Positions 1-11,893 of a DNA stretch of 64,000 nt are shown piece after piece; within the stretch, counting starts at the first letter, position 1, and every line of letters starts with the position of its first letter. The stretch lies in the NCBI GenBank assembly GCA_023920165.1, contig CP089277.1, positions 2,108,001-2,172,000 of the forward strand, read 5' to 3'. Origin of the DNA: Curvularia clavata (Eukaryota). The translations under genes were made by a program, and so were the position numbers. Under the pieces are notes generated by a model. That model was not told the DNA's origin. It did no database searches and worked only from the letters and a program-made list of their open reading frames with translations.

Positions 1-90
1 ATCTAGTCGCGTGAGATTTCTGCCTTCTCGTACTAGGCAGATAGATAATATTTGCTAGTAAAGATTGAAATAGTGGGATAGACTAGCTAG

Positions 91-361
91 TGTAACCATA
101 CATAGACCAAAACATACCCCAGCCAGGGCAGCTTATTAAGATCCGATCAAGAGCCAGGTTAGACCTAATAAAGACCCGCACCTAGATATAAGTACTAGAT
201 ACTTTCTATAAATATTTAGTAGATTTTTAATATCCTTTTATACTAGGCCTATAAGTATCTATTAAATCTAAAATATTTCTATTATTCTACGCACTTCTAT
301 ATACATTTAAGTAACACTTCCTACTAAAATTAATTCGACTAGTCTTACTTACGCTATTACA
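91..361 (+). repeat. 5' LTR of Gypsy element
   Basis: TG...CA termini; direct repeat with 7536-7806 and inverted copy at 21716-21986. Confidence 0.93.
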
Positions 362-2566
362 TTATATTAAAAATTTTATTCTAGCTAGTAACAGCCTTTA
401 AAATAATATTATAGCTTATTTATTAAAACTGCGTCTAAGCCTAAATCCTTTTAGAACTACTCTAGATACTTTATACTATTACATTCTATATTTATATATA
501 GATAGAATCCTTTTAATCTCCTACTAACTAAAGCCTTTAGATTTAGATCTTCTATACTAATTATAGTTAGATTAACTTTAGAGAAGTCGCATAAATTGCG
601 CTAGAATAGAGACTTAGAGACTACTAAAAATCTATTAGCTATAAAAATAACTATTAATAGCTAACTAAACTCTATCTAGCTTAGAAAGGTTTTCTAGAAA
701 GTTACTATACTTCTAAAATTTAAAGTTAAGAGAGAAGACGTCTAGTAAACTGCCAGCTATTAAAGAGGAAGAGAATTTAGAAAAGGATAAGATTAGCCTC
801 TTTTAAATAGAGATTAATAGGCTAAATAAATAAATTATATAGCTATTCTACTAAAATACTATAGCTCTAGATTAATCTCTTTCTTTTACTAAATTACTAC
901 TAACTATTACTAAACTAACTAAAACTTAATTTAGAAAGTACTAGTTAGTAATTCTAAATTTACTATATATTAAATTTATAGAATATACCTTTTCTATTAA
1001 TAATTTTAGTAATAGAATAGAAATTATGTTCTACTAATAATAAGCGTTAATAGAGTACTATTTAATAATTAATATAGACTATTATTAGAGTAAATGCGTA
1101 TATATAGCTCTAGTCTAGGGATATACTATAGATATTGCTAAGAGATATCTAGAACTATAGTATCTAGCTAATTTAATAGAGTACTAATTTTAAAATACTA
1201 AAAATATAATAGCTATTCTAGAATTATATTTTATATCTAGTAATAAGTAAGTAGAAAGCTATACTACTTTCTACTACTTACTTATAGATAAAAAAAAATT
1301 TTTTACTAAATTTAAGATAAAATTTATGAGTACTACTATTAAAAAATCTATATTAAAGTTAGAGTGGTTTTTCTATTTATAGGAAAAAATTACCTCTATC
1401 TTATATATTCTAAACTTAGAATTTAAATACTAGTAGAATAACTTCTTTAATAAAATAATATAATATCTTACTACTTTTAATACTAAGTAAAGGAATACTT
1501 TTTTTAGGAATAGTTTAGAATCTACTTCTAATAATTCTTATACTCTACTAATAAAGTCTTATATTAGTTAATACTAAAACTACTATCTAAATACTTATAG
1601 AGTTTAATCTAAACTAACTCTAACTTAATTTTATACTTATTCTAATACTTTAAGATTCTTTTTAAAGAGCCTTATACTAGATAATAAACTAACTACTAAT
1701 AATTACTATAACTATAGAAAATCTAGATATTATACAAATAAGTGCCCTATTTCTTAAGTTTAAGAAATTAAAGTAGAGAAGAAAGAATTCGAAAAAGTAT
1801 ACAAATATTTATTAAAGGAGGACTAGATAGGAAATTACTAGATTTAATAAAACTCTTTATTTTAGATATAAATAAATATAATCTAGCTAAAATTAATTTA
1901 TTCTACTTATTTAGAGGAAAATACCTTCTAGTACTTACTATTCTTTATTTAAAAGAATTTAGTATTAGCTTATATTTTTTAGTTAATACTAGAGTTAAAA
2001 GCTTTTTATTTTTAAATTCTATTATTACTTATACTCTTTCTAGATCTTTTTAAGTCTCTATCTAAAGACTTTTCTTTAAGATTATAGTTGAAAGATTTTT
2101 AAAACGAAATTTAAATTAGAGTAAATAAATATATTTAGTTATATATCTAAATTAATAGAAGAAAAATTTATAACTATTTTTTAATAATTATAGATTTAGA
2201 GATATAGAACTATATAATTAGAATTAAGTAGTTAAAATATTTTTAGCTTAGACTTAATATAAGCTAGAACTAGATTATATAGCTAGCTAAATACTCTTTG
2301 ATATATAATTCTACACTTTTTATTCTTATATAGTTAAAATAATCTTCTATAAATACTAATATAGAATAGGATATATAGAGATAAAACGTACTATAAGAAA
2401 AAAATAACTACTATAAGTAAAATAGTCCTCATAAAGCTTTTATACGAAGAATTAGAGAATATTTTAAACTTTCTAAAGTTTATTTACTACTATCCATCCC
2501 TAATTCTACTCTAAACTCTATCTAACTAATATCTTTACTCTATATTACTATTATTTTAGTAAATAC

Positions 2567-3081
2567 TGTAAATTATAATATAATTATTATATTATATTTT
2601 AGTATTATTCTATAAAAGATTAGCTATTCAAATTAGTTGTTTTTGTTCTTGTAGCTCTACATTTGATGTAGCTATTAACTGCCGAGTATTTTAAGTATTT
2701 CTCCGCTTTCTTATCTAGATGTAAGACGTCATTATTCTATATTTTAGCTCTAGCTTGCTTAGCAAGCTAGATTATAAAGATTTTAGTCTATAATAAAATC
2801 TTATAAATCATAAAAAAGATAAAAAACTAATCTAATTATACTTTAGTCTAGTAGTTGGTTTGAAATCAAGATAGGAAATAGACGCAGCGCCTATCTCCGT
2901 TAGTTGTCTATAAAAGACGCTGACTGTCTATAGTTATTTGATAACCTAGCTCCAATATATCTACTTATTACCTACATTTTGACCACTTACTAGATATTTT
3001 ATATCTATTTCTCACCTCTTAATAAGCTATTTTAGTTAATTAAGAAAGTTATCCTATTTACCTACCTGCAACTTTCTTACA
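2567..3081. mobile_element. Solo LTR of a second LTR family inserted in the Gypsy pol region
   Basis: 515 bp, TGTA...TACA termini, perfect 5-bp TSD AATAC (2562-2566 and 3082-3086). Absent from the second Gypsy copy (empty site near 9057-9063). Inverted homologue at about 18827-19330. Confidence 0.9.
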
Positions 3082-6000
3082 AATACTTTCTATTATTCTA
3101 TAAAGTATAAAAAAAATAAGTTTTTTATAATAAGTATCTATAAGATTAATTATATTTTAGAGAAATATATAAAGCTAGATAATCTTAAAAATACTAAATT
3201 TATCTAGAACTAACTTCTATCTATTTACTATTTATACCGCGTTATCTTTAGTAAGATAGTAGTAGAGCTACTATCTAAATATCATCTATATAATTATAAG
3301 ATTATACTAACTAAATTTTTTCTAAATTAATCTAGTCCTCTATATAAGTAGAGTACTAAAGAACTTAAAACTACTAAAATATTTATAATAGAAAACTTTA
3401 GAAAAAGATATATTAATTTAAGCTACTATTTTTTTATCTCTCTAGTTTTTTATATTTAAAAGCTAAATAGAGATATTCATATCTATATAGATTACTACTA
3501 ACTTAATATAATTACTAGAAAAGATATGTATCTAATATTATATATTAATTAGCTTCTAGCCTATATCTATAAGGCGAAAATCTTTACTAAGCTTACTATA
3601 TATACAGCATTTAATAAGATCTGAATATACTCTGACTTAGAGAAGTATACTACATTCCATACTAGATATAGAACCTATAAGTCTAAAGTATTACCTTTTA
3701 GATTATATACCGGCCCTATAATATATTAACGCTATATAAATAATATATTAATTGATTATTTAGATAGCTTCTATATAGTCTATCTAGACGATATTGTAAT
3801 CTACTCTAAATTATAACTAGACTATCTTTGCTATATACAATAAATTCTAGAAAGGCTTAGATAAGTAGGTCTCTAAGTTAATATTAAAAAAAACGAATTC
3901 TATATTACTTAGACTAAATATCTAGAGTATGTTTTAACTAACTAAAATTTAGAGATAGACTTTAATAAAATAGAAGCCCTTTAAAATTAGGTCTAACCTA
4001 CTACTATTACTAGTATAAAGTTATCTTTAGAATCTACTAAATTCTATAAATAGTTTATTTCTAAATACTCGCGAATTGCGAAATCTTTTCTTATTTTTTA
4101 GAGTCTTTTAAAACTATTTATACAGAATTTAGAGTATAACTAAGCTTTTAAAAAATTAAAATCTATACTACTAGCAATTCCTATTTTATACTACTACTAT
4201 TTAGAGTATAATACTAAAGTAGAGACTAACGCGTCTGATAGTATTATAGTAGACGTTCTTTCTTAAAAATAGCTAAATAGAAATTAGTATTCTATAGTAT
4301 TCTTTAGTAAGGTCCTATCTAGATCTAAGCTAAACTAGGAAATATATAATAAAGAACTATTTACTATTATAATAGTATTTAGTAAGTAGTAATCTAAACT
4401 ATTATTAATACGCTTTTGTATTAATATATATTGAGACTACTATTTTTTGAAATACTTTACAACTACTAAAGTTTTAAATATCTACTAGATATGATAGATA
4501 GAAGAGTTAGTATTTTTTAATTTCTATATCTAATATATCTCTAGAAAGAATAATATTTATACTAATATTTTTTTTAATAGAAGTAAGATATAGAGAATTT
4601 AAAAATATTCTAAATTAATAATTATTCGTGGGTCTTTCTAAGACTATACTAATTTAATAACTAAATTAACTTTAAACTTACTAAGATCTATATAGCCTAA
4701 CTTTAAGTAGAATTTTTTTTTTTACTTATAGTTAAGCCTATATTAGAGCTAATATCTTTTAATTTACTAGAGCTAATTAAGTTTATTCTATAAGAGAACT
4801 AAGCTGTATTTAAAATAGAGTAAAGATTCTTTTTAGATAGATACTAGATTAAAAATAGACTTCTACTCTATTCTAACTATTTATATATTTCTTCTATTTT
4901 TACTTTTATAACTCGCCTTATTTAGAAAGTATATAACTAGATATCTTTAGCGTACTCTAGTGCGAAGAAGACCTACTAACTACTATTCTAGAAATACTAC
5001 TAGAAAAGTATAGAATCTATTTATAAAAAGTATATGCGGAATTATATAGTCTATAAGAAGGCTTATTCTAAATAGATCTAAATTCTAAAAATAATTTATT
5101 CTCTACTAATTTCTAACTAGCTAATATAGTATCTATATATTAACTTTAAAAAATTTCTCTAAGACTAATTTAGTTACGATATAATTATAGTTATAATTGA
5201 CTAGTTATCTAAATAGACTATCTCTATCCCCTACTATAAAACTATTAATATAAGGGGACTAGCTAATCTATTTATATAATAGATATACTAATTTAGCTAT
5301 ATATCTAAAACTATAGTCTCTAACTAAGGACTATAGTTTATTTTAAGCTTTTAGTTGGAATTCTACTAAATTCTAGACGTTAAAATTAAGCTATTAACCG
5401 CCTATTATAAAGAAATAGATAGTTAGATAAAGATTATAAATAAGTATATTAATTAGAGATTATGTCTATTTATATTCTACTACTAAAATAACTAGAGTAT
5501 ATTTCTATCTTTAATTAATTATATCTAAATTTCCCTACTATATTCTTATATTAGTATGTCTCTATACTATATTCTATATAGTTCTAAACTCTAGTGGAGT
5601 TAGAACTAGGAATATCCTATTAGTTTTCTTACCTCTACTAATAAATTTAACTATAAAAATATATTAGAAATGGCTATCTATATATATAACGTATAGAAAG
5701 TAGTTAAAAAATAAATAGAGAAAGTCTAGAATAAGATATAAACTATAGTTAATTACTATTATTATTCTATTAACTAGAATATAGGAGATATAGTTTTTCT
5801 AAGTATTTAGAATTTTATATTAGACTATCTAAATAGGAAGCTATTCTCTAAATAGAAAGGATTCTTTAGGATACTTAAGAAGATAGAATATTTATACTAT
5901 TTAAACTTTTTAAAAAAAATTTAGATTTATAATATTTTTACTCTAGAATTATTATATAAGAATTTTTAAAATCTCTTTCTAGAATAAGAATTTCTAAAGT

Positions 6001-6299
6001 TTCTAATAATTTCTATCTAAAGTATAGAAGAATAGAAGATAGAAGAAATTCTAGTAAGTAAGTTATACTACTTAAATCTAAAATACTAAATATAGTAGGT
6101 TAGATATAATCTAGATTTTATTTAGTATTTAGTTTTACATTTTATAGAAGCTCTATATAAGTTTAAACTCTTCTATAAATAATATTCTACTAAACTAAGA
6201 CTCTTATATTCTTTTAGTAAGTAGATTATAGTATAGAAATAAGGTATAGAGAATATAATTTTACTATAGAATAATTAAATTTAAAGAAAAGAAAAAATA

Positions 6300-7000
6300 G
6301 AAACTTTATTAGATATCAGTAATAAAAGAAACTTAGATTTAAACTTTATAACTACTAATAAATTTCTAAAATATTATTTTATTTAAAGTTTAATATTAGA
6401 CTATTTCTACTTAGTATTAGCTATCTTCTAGTTTATTATATCTTTATCTTCTTTAGAGGAGGAGGATAAACTAGACTATTCTTTTAACTCTTTAATCTAA
6501 CGGCTAATCTAGATACTACCCTAAGCTAATCTAGCTTTAAGACGCGAAAGGCGTCTTTCTATACTATTAACTATATTAACTAACTCTAAAATGCTGTTTT
6601 AGATATTCTTTAGGATCTGGTTCTAGATAATAAAAAGCTAATTAACTAAAAGCTCTTTCTTCTAGGATCTAATAACTTAGATCTTATAGATAATATTTAA
6701 AGTAGTAGTAGTAATTTAATTAAATAATATCTCTATATTAGTATTAACTATAGGGCTATACTAAGCGATAGTATATAATTTAATAGTATTAATTAAATTG
6801 TAAAACTCTTTTAAAATATACTTAGAAATCTATCTAGATTAGCTAAGCTATAAATAGTAAAGAAAAAGAGAAATAAACTTATAGAATTATATTTCTTTTT
6901 CTACTAGATATAATAAAGATACTTTTTAAAGAAATTAGATGGATAGGCGTAAGTAATATTAAACTAATAGCGCGCCAAGATGTGAATAGCTTACAGATAG
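6300..7000 (-). pseudogene. RIP-degenerated antisense cargo gene in the Gypsy 3' region (Zn2Cys6-like motif plus coiled coil); limits approximate
   Basis: Minus strand 6921-6889 reads YLYYI**KKKY, which de-RIPs to C-x2-C-x6-C. A 53-bp intron-like segment follows (6882-6830), then one continuous frame with only TAA/TAG stops (...NSILELVNIVNSIERRLSRLKARLA...). Confidence 0.55.
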
Positions 7001-7535
7001 ATGAATTGATATGTATTTAGTAGCGTACTAGATAGATAATAAAGAGATATAGTAAAAATCAGTACGTTAAATTATAACTAACTTATTTTAATTAAAAAGT
7101 GTAGAGGAGAAAACTTGATAGTAATACTATATTGTTGTTAATATATATACTAAGGGAGTAAATAGTTTTAGTATATATAATCTAGATAGCTATTAGACCC
7201 TAACTATAAATGAATTGCTGGCGACTTAAAGCTCTGATTGAAGCGTCTAGGCCTGTTTAGTAGGTGAAGATAAATGGCCTAGCGGCTAGGTAGTAAGATA
7301 GCAGCGCTATGTAAGTACTAGAATAGTTACTAAGACTTAGATATAGAGGTTTAAGTAAAGGATATATATAGCTATAGAAGCTATATTAGAACTAGAGTAT
7401 TCTATTATCTAGAGTAGTATAGTATAGGGAAAATCTAGAGGAAATTAGGAACGAGAGACTCTATAGTATAAGGAAGAAAAATAATAACTAGAATAGATAG
7501 CTATAGAACTAGCTATCTACTAGGAGGGGGGGTAA

Positions 7536-7806
7536 TATAACTATATATAGACTAAAATATACTCTAGCTAGGGCAGCTTATTAAGATCTAATTAAGAGCT
7601 AGGTTAGACCTAATAAAGACTTGTACTTAGATATAAGTACTAGATACTTTCTATAGATATTTAGTAGATTTTTAATATCTTTTTATACTAGGCCTATAAG
7701 TATCTACTAAATCTAAGGTATTTCTATTGTTTTACGTACTTCTATATATATTTAGGTGACACTTCCTACTGGAATTGATTCGACTAGTCTTGCTCGCGCT
7801 GTTATA
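7536..7806 (+). repeat. 3' LTR of Gypsy element
   Basis: RIP-mutated copy of 91-361, preceded by a polypurine tract at 7522-7532. Confidence 0.93.
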
Positions 7807-10800
7807 ATATAAAGTAAAATTTATAAGTGCTGCTATTAAAAGATCTATATTAAAGTTAGAGTAGTTTTTCTACTTATAGAAAAAGAATATTTCTATTTTA
7901 TATATTCTAAACTTAGGATTTAAGTACTAGTAGAATAACTTCTTTAATAATATAATATAACACTTTACTACTTTTAATACTAAGCAAAGGAATACTTTTT
8001 TTAGATATAGTTTAGAATCTACTTCTAATAATTCTTATACTCTACTAATAAAGTCTTATATTAGTTAATACTAGAACTACTATCTAAATACTTATAAAGT
8101 CTAATCTAAACTAGCTCTAATCTAATCTTATACTTATTCTAATACTTCTAAGTTTTCTTTAAAGACTTCTATATTAGATAGTAAACTAACTACTAGTAAT
8201 TACTATAACTATAAAAAATCTAGATATTATACGAATAAGTACTCTATTCCTTAAGTTTAAGAAATCGAAGTAGAAAAGAAAAAATTTAAAGAAATATATA
8301 AATACTTATTAGAAAAGGACTAGATAGAAAACTATTAGATCTAGAAAAACTCTCTACTCTAGATATAAATAAGTATAATCTAGCTAAAATTAATTTATTC
8401 TACTTATTTAGAGGAAAATACTTTCTAGTACTTACTATTCTTTATTTAAAAGAGTTTAGTATTAGCTAATATTTTTTAGTTAATACTAGAGTCTAAAGCT
8501 TTTTATTCTTAAATTCTGCTATTACTCGTACTCTCTCTAGCTCCCTTTAAGTCTCTATCTAAAAACTTCCTTTTAAAATTATAGTTAAAGGATTTTGAAA
8601 CTAAGTCTAAATTAGAGTAGATAAATATATTTAGTTATATATCTAAATTAATAGAAAAAAGCTTTATAACTATTTTTTTATAATTATAGATCTAGAGATA
8701 TAAGACTATATAGTTAGAATTAAGTAGTTAAGACGTTTCTAGCTAAGACTTAATATAAGCTAAAACTAGATTGTATAGCCAGCTAAGTACTTTCTAATAT
8801 ATAATCCCGCGCCTTTTATTCTTATATAGTTAATATAATCTTCTATTAATACTAATATAGAATAAAATATATAAAGGTAAGACACACTATAGAAAAAAAA
8901 TAACTACTATAGGTAAAACAGTCCTTATAAAGCTTTTATACGAAGAATTAGAGAATATTTTAAACTTTCTAAAGTTTATCTACTACTATCTATTTCTAAC
9001 CCTACTCTAGACCCTATCTAACTAATATCTTTACTCTATATTACTATTATTTTAGTAAATATTTTCTATTATTCTATAAAGTATAAAGAAAATAAGTTCT
9101 TTATAATAAGTATCTATAAAATTAATTATATTTTAGAAGGGCGTATAAAGCTAGATAATTCTAAAAATACTTAACTTATTTAGAACTAACTTCTATCTAC
9201 TTACTATTTATATTACGATATCTTTAGTAAAATAGCAGTAGAGCTACTATTTGAATATCGCCTATATAATCATAAGATTATACTAACTAAACTTTTTCTA
9301 AATTAATCTAGCTCTCTATATAAATAGAGTACTAAAGAACTTAAAACTACTAAGATATTTATAATAGAAAACTTTAGAAAAGGATATATTGACTTAAGTA
9401 ATTATCTCTTTATCTCCCTAGTCCTTTATATTTAGAAGCTAAATAGAGATGTTCGTATCTATATAGATTACCGCCAATTTAACACAATTACTAGAAAGGA
9501 TATATATCTAATACTATGTATTAATAAGCTTCTAGCCTATATCTATAAGATAAAAATCTTTACTAAGCTTAATATATATATAGCGTTCAATAAGATCTAA
9601 ATACACCCCAACTTAGAAGAGTATACTACGTTTCATACTAGATACTAGACTGGTAAATCGGGTATTTAGCTAGGGCTATCGATTATCTTGGCCAATACTA
9701 GTCCAAATCAAGTAATTCTGACGTCATTAGAGAGCTAGCACTCTAGTCTAAATATTACTAATATATTATTTTAGCTTAACACTAATAGTACTAGTGCTAG
9801 AGCTAAAAAAGGAGTAAAAATAGGGGTATACCCGACTCATAACCCAGCCCTAGGGCTCACAAACGGGCTATTAAATAACATTTGAACTAAGCTAGATACG
9901 GCTTAGCTTTATACTACATGATAGAATGCGCTAGCTTAGGGCATTAAAATGACGTCAGAATTACTCGATTTGGACTAGTCTTTGATGAGATATTGATGAA
10001 AGAAGAAAAGTGGGTCAATACCCGTTTACCAGTCTACTAGATACAGAACTTATAAGTCTAAAGTATTACCTTTTAGATTATATAATAGCCCTATAATATA
10101 TCAACGCTATATAAATAATATATTAATTAATTATCTAGATAGCTTCTATATAGTCTATCTAGACAATATTTTAATCTACTCTAAATCAGAACTAGACCAC
10201 CCCTACTACGTATAATAAATTCTAGAAAGGCTTAGGTAAGCAGGTCTCTAAGTTAATATTAAGAAAAGCGAATTCTATATTATTTAGACTAAATATCTAG
10301 AGTATATTTTAACTAACTAAGATTTAGAAATAGACTCTAATTAGATAGAAGCTCTTTAAGATTAGATCTAATCTACTATTATTACTAGTATAAAGTTGTT
10401 TCTAGAGTTTACTAGATTCTATAGATAGTTTATTCCTAAATACTTATAAATTATAAAACTTCTTCTTATCTTTTAAAGCCCTTTAAGACTATTTATATAG
10501 AATTTAAAGTATAACTAAGCTTTTAAAAAATTAAAATCTATACAATTAGTAATTCCTATCTTATACTACTACTATCTAGAGTATAATACTAAGATAGAGA
10601 CTAACACATCTAATAATATTGTAGTAGGCGTTCTTTTCTAAAAGTAGCTAAATAGAAATTAGTATTCTATAGTATTCTTTAGTAAGGTCCTATCTAGATC
10701 TAAGCTAAACTAAGAAATATATAATAAAGAACTATTCGCCATTATAATAGTATTTAGTAAATAGTAATCTAAACTACTATTAGTATACTTTTATACTAAT

Positions 10801-11893
10801 ATATACTTAGACTACTATTCTTTTAAATACTTTATAACTACTAAAGTTCTAAATACCTACTAGATATAATAGATAGAAGAGTTAGTATTTTTGAATTTCT
10901 ATATCTAATATACTTCTAAAAAGAATAATATTTATACTAATATTCTCTTCTAATAAAAATAAGATATAGAGAATCTAAAAATAATCTAAATTAATAACTA
11001 TTCGCGGGTCTTTCTAAGACTATACTAATTTAATAACTAAATTAACTTTAAACTTACTAAAATCTATATAGTCTAATTCTAAATAGAATTTTTCTTCTTA
11101 CTTATAGTTAAGCTTATATTAGAGCTAATATCCCTTAATTTCCTGGAGCTAATTAAGTCTATTCTATAAGAGAACTAAGTCTTATTTAGGGTAGAGCAAA
11201 GGTCCTTTCTAGATAGATACTAGATTAAAAATAGATTTCTATTCTATTCTAACTATCTATATATTTCTTCTATCTCTATCTTTATAACCTGTTTTATTTA
11301 GGAAGTATATAACTAGATTTTCTTAGTATACTCTAGTATGAAGAAGACCTACTAGCTACTATTCTAGAAGTACTACTAGAAGGGCATAGAATCTACCTAT
11401 AATAGATCTATATAGAATTATATAGTCTATAGAAAGATATATTCTAGATAGATCTAAATTCTAAAGATAATTCATTCTCTACTAATTTCTAACTAGCTAA
11501 TATAGTATCTATATATTAACTCTAAGAAATTTCCCTAAGATTAATCTAGTTACGATATAATTATAGTTGTGATTAACTAGTAATCTAAATAGACTATCTC
11601 TATCCTCTACTATAAGACTATTAATATAAGAGAAATAGCTAATCTATTTATATAATAGATATACTAATTTAGCTATATATTCAAAACTATAATCTCTAAC
11701 TAAAAACTATAGTTTATTTTAAGCTTCTAGTTAGAATTCTGCCAAATCCTAAGTATTAAGATTAAGCTATTAACTGTTTACTATAAAAAAACAGATAGTT
11801 AGATAGAAATTATAAATAAATATATTAATTATAGATTACGCCCTTTTATATCCTACTACTAAGATAACTAGAATAGACTTCTACCTTTAATTA
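7807..11893 (+). mobile_element. Second, truncated copy of the same Gypsy element (gag end to integrase)
   Basis: Colinear with about 1316-5516 of the first copy, lacking the solo LTR. RT motif YLD(D>N)ILIYS near 10155. Ends at the TA target of the Tc1 element. Confidence 0.9.
9646..10036. mobile_element. Non-autonomous hAT-like MITE
   Basis: 391 bp. TIRs TAGACTGGTAAATCGGGTATT / AATACCCGTTTACCAGTCTA. 8-bp TSD CTAGATAC (9638-9645, 10037-10044). Subterminal inverted repeat of about 32 bp. Empty site in the first Gypsy copy near 3662. Confidence 0.9.

Larger units (their letters stand above)
91..7806 (+). mobile_element. Ty3/Gypsy (chromovirus-type) LTR retrotransposon, full length, RIP-inactivated
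   Basis: 271-bp LTRs at 91-361 (TGTAAC...ATTACA) and 7536-7806, with a polypurine tract AGGAGGGGGGG just before the 3' LTR. RT motif YLDDIVIYS at 3781, RNase H ET(D>N)ASD near 4222, integrase region about 5000-5550, chromodomain-like EE(W)(E)(V)EEIL near 6027. Frames contain many TAA/TAG stops. Confidence 0.93.
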
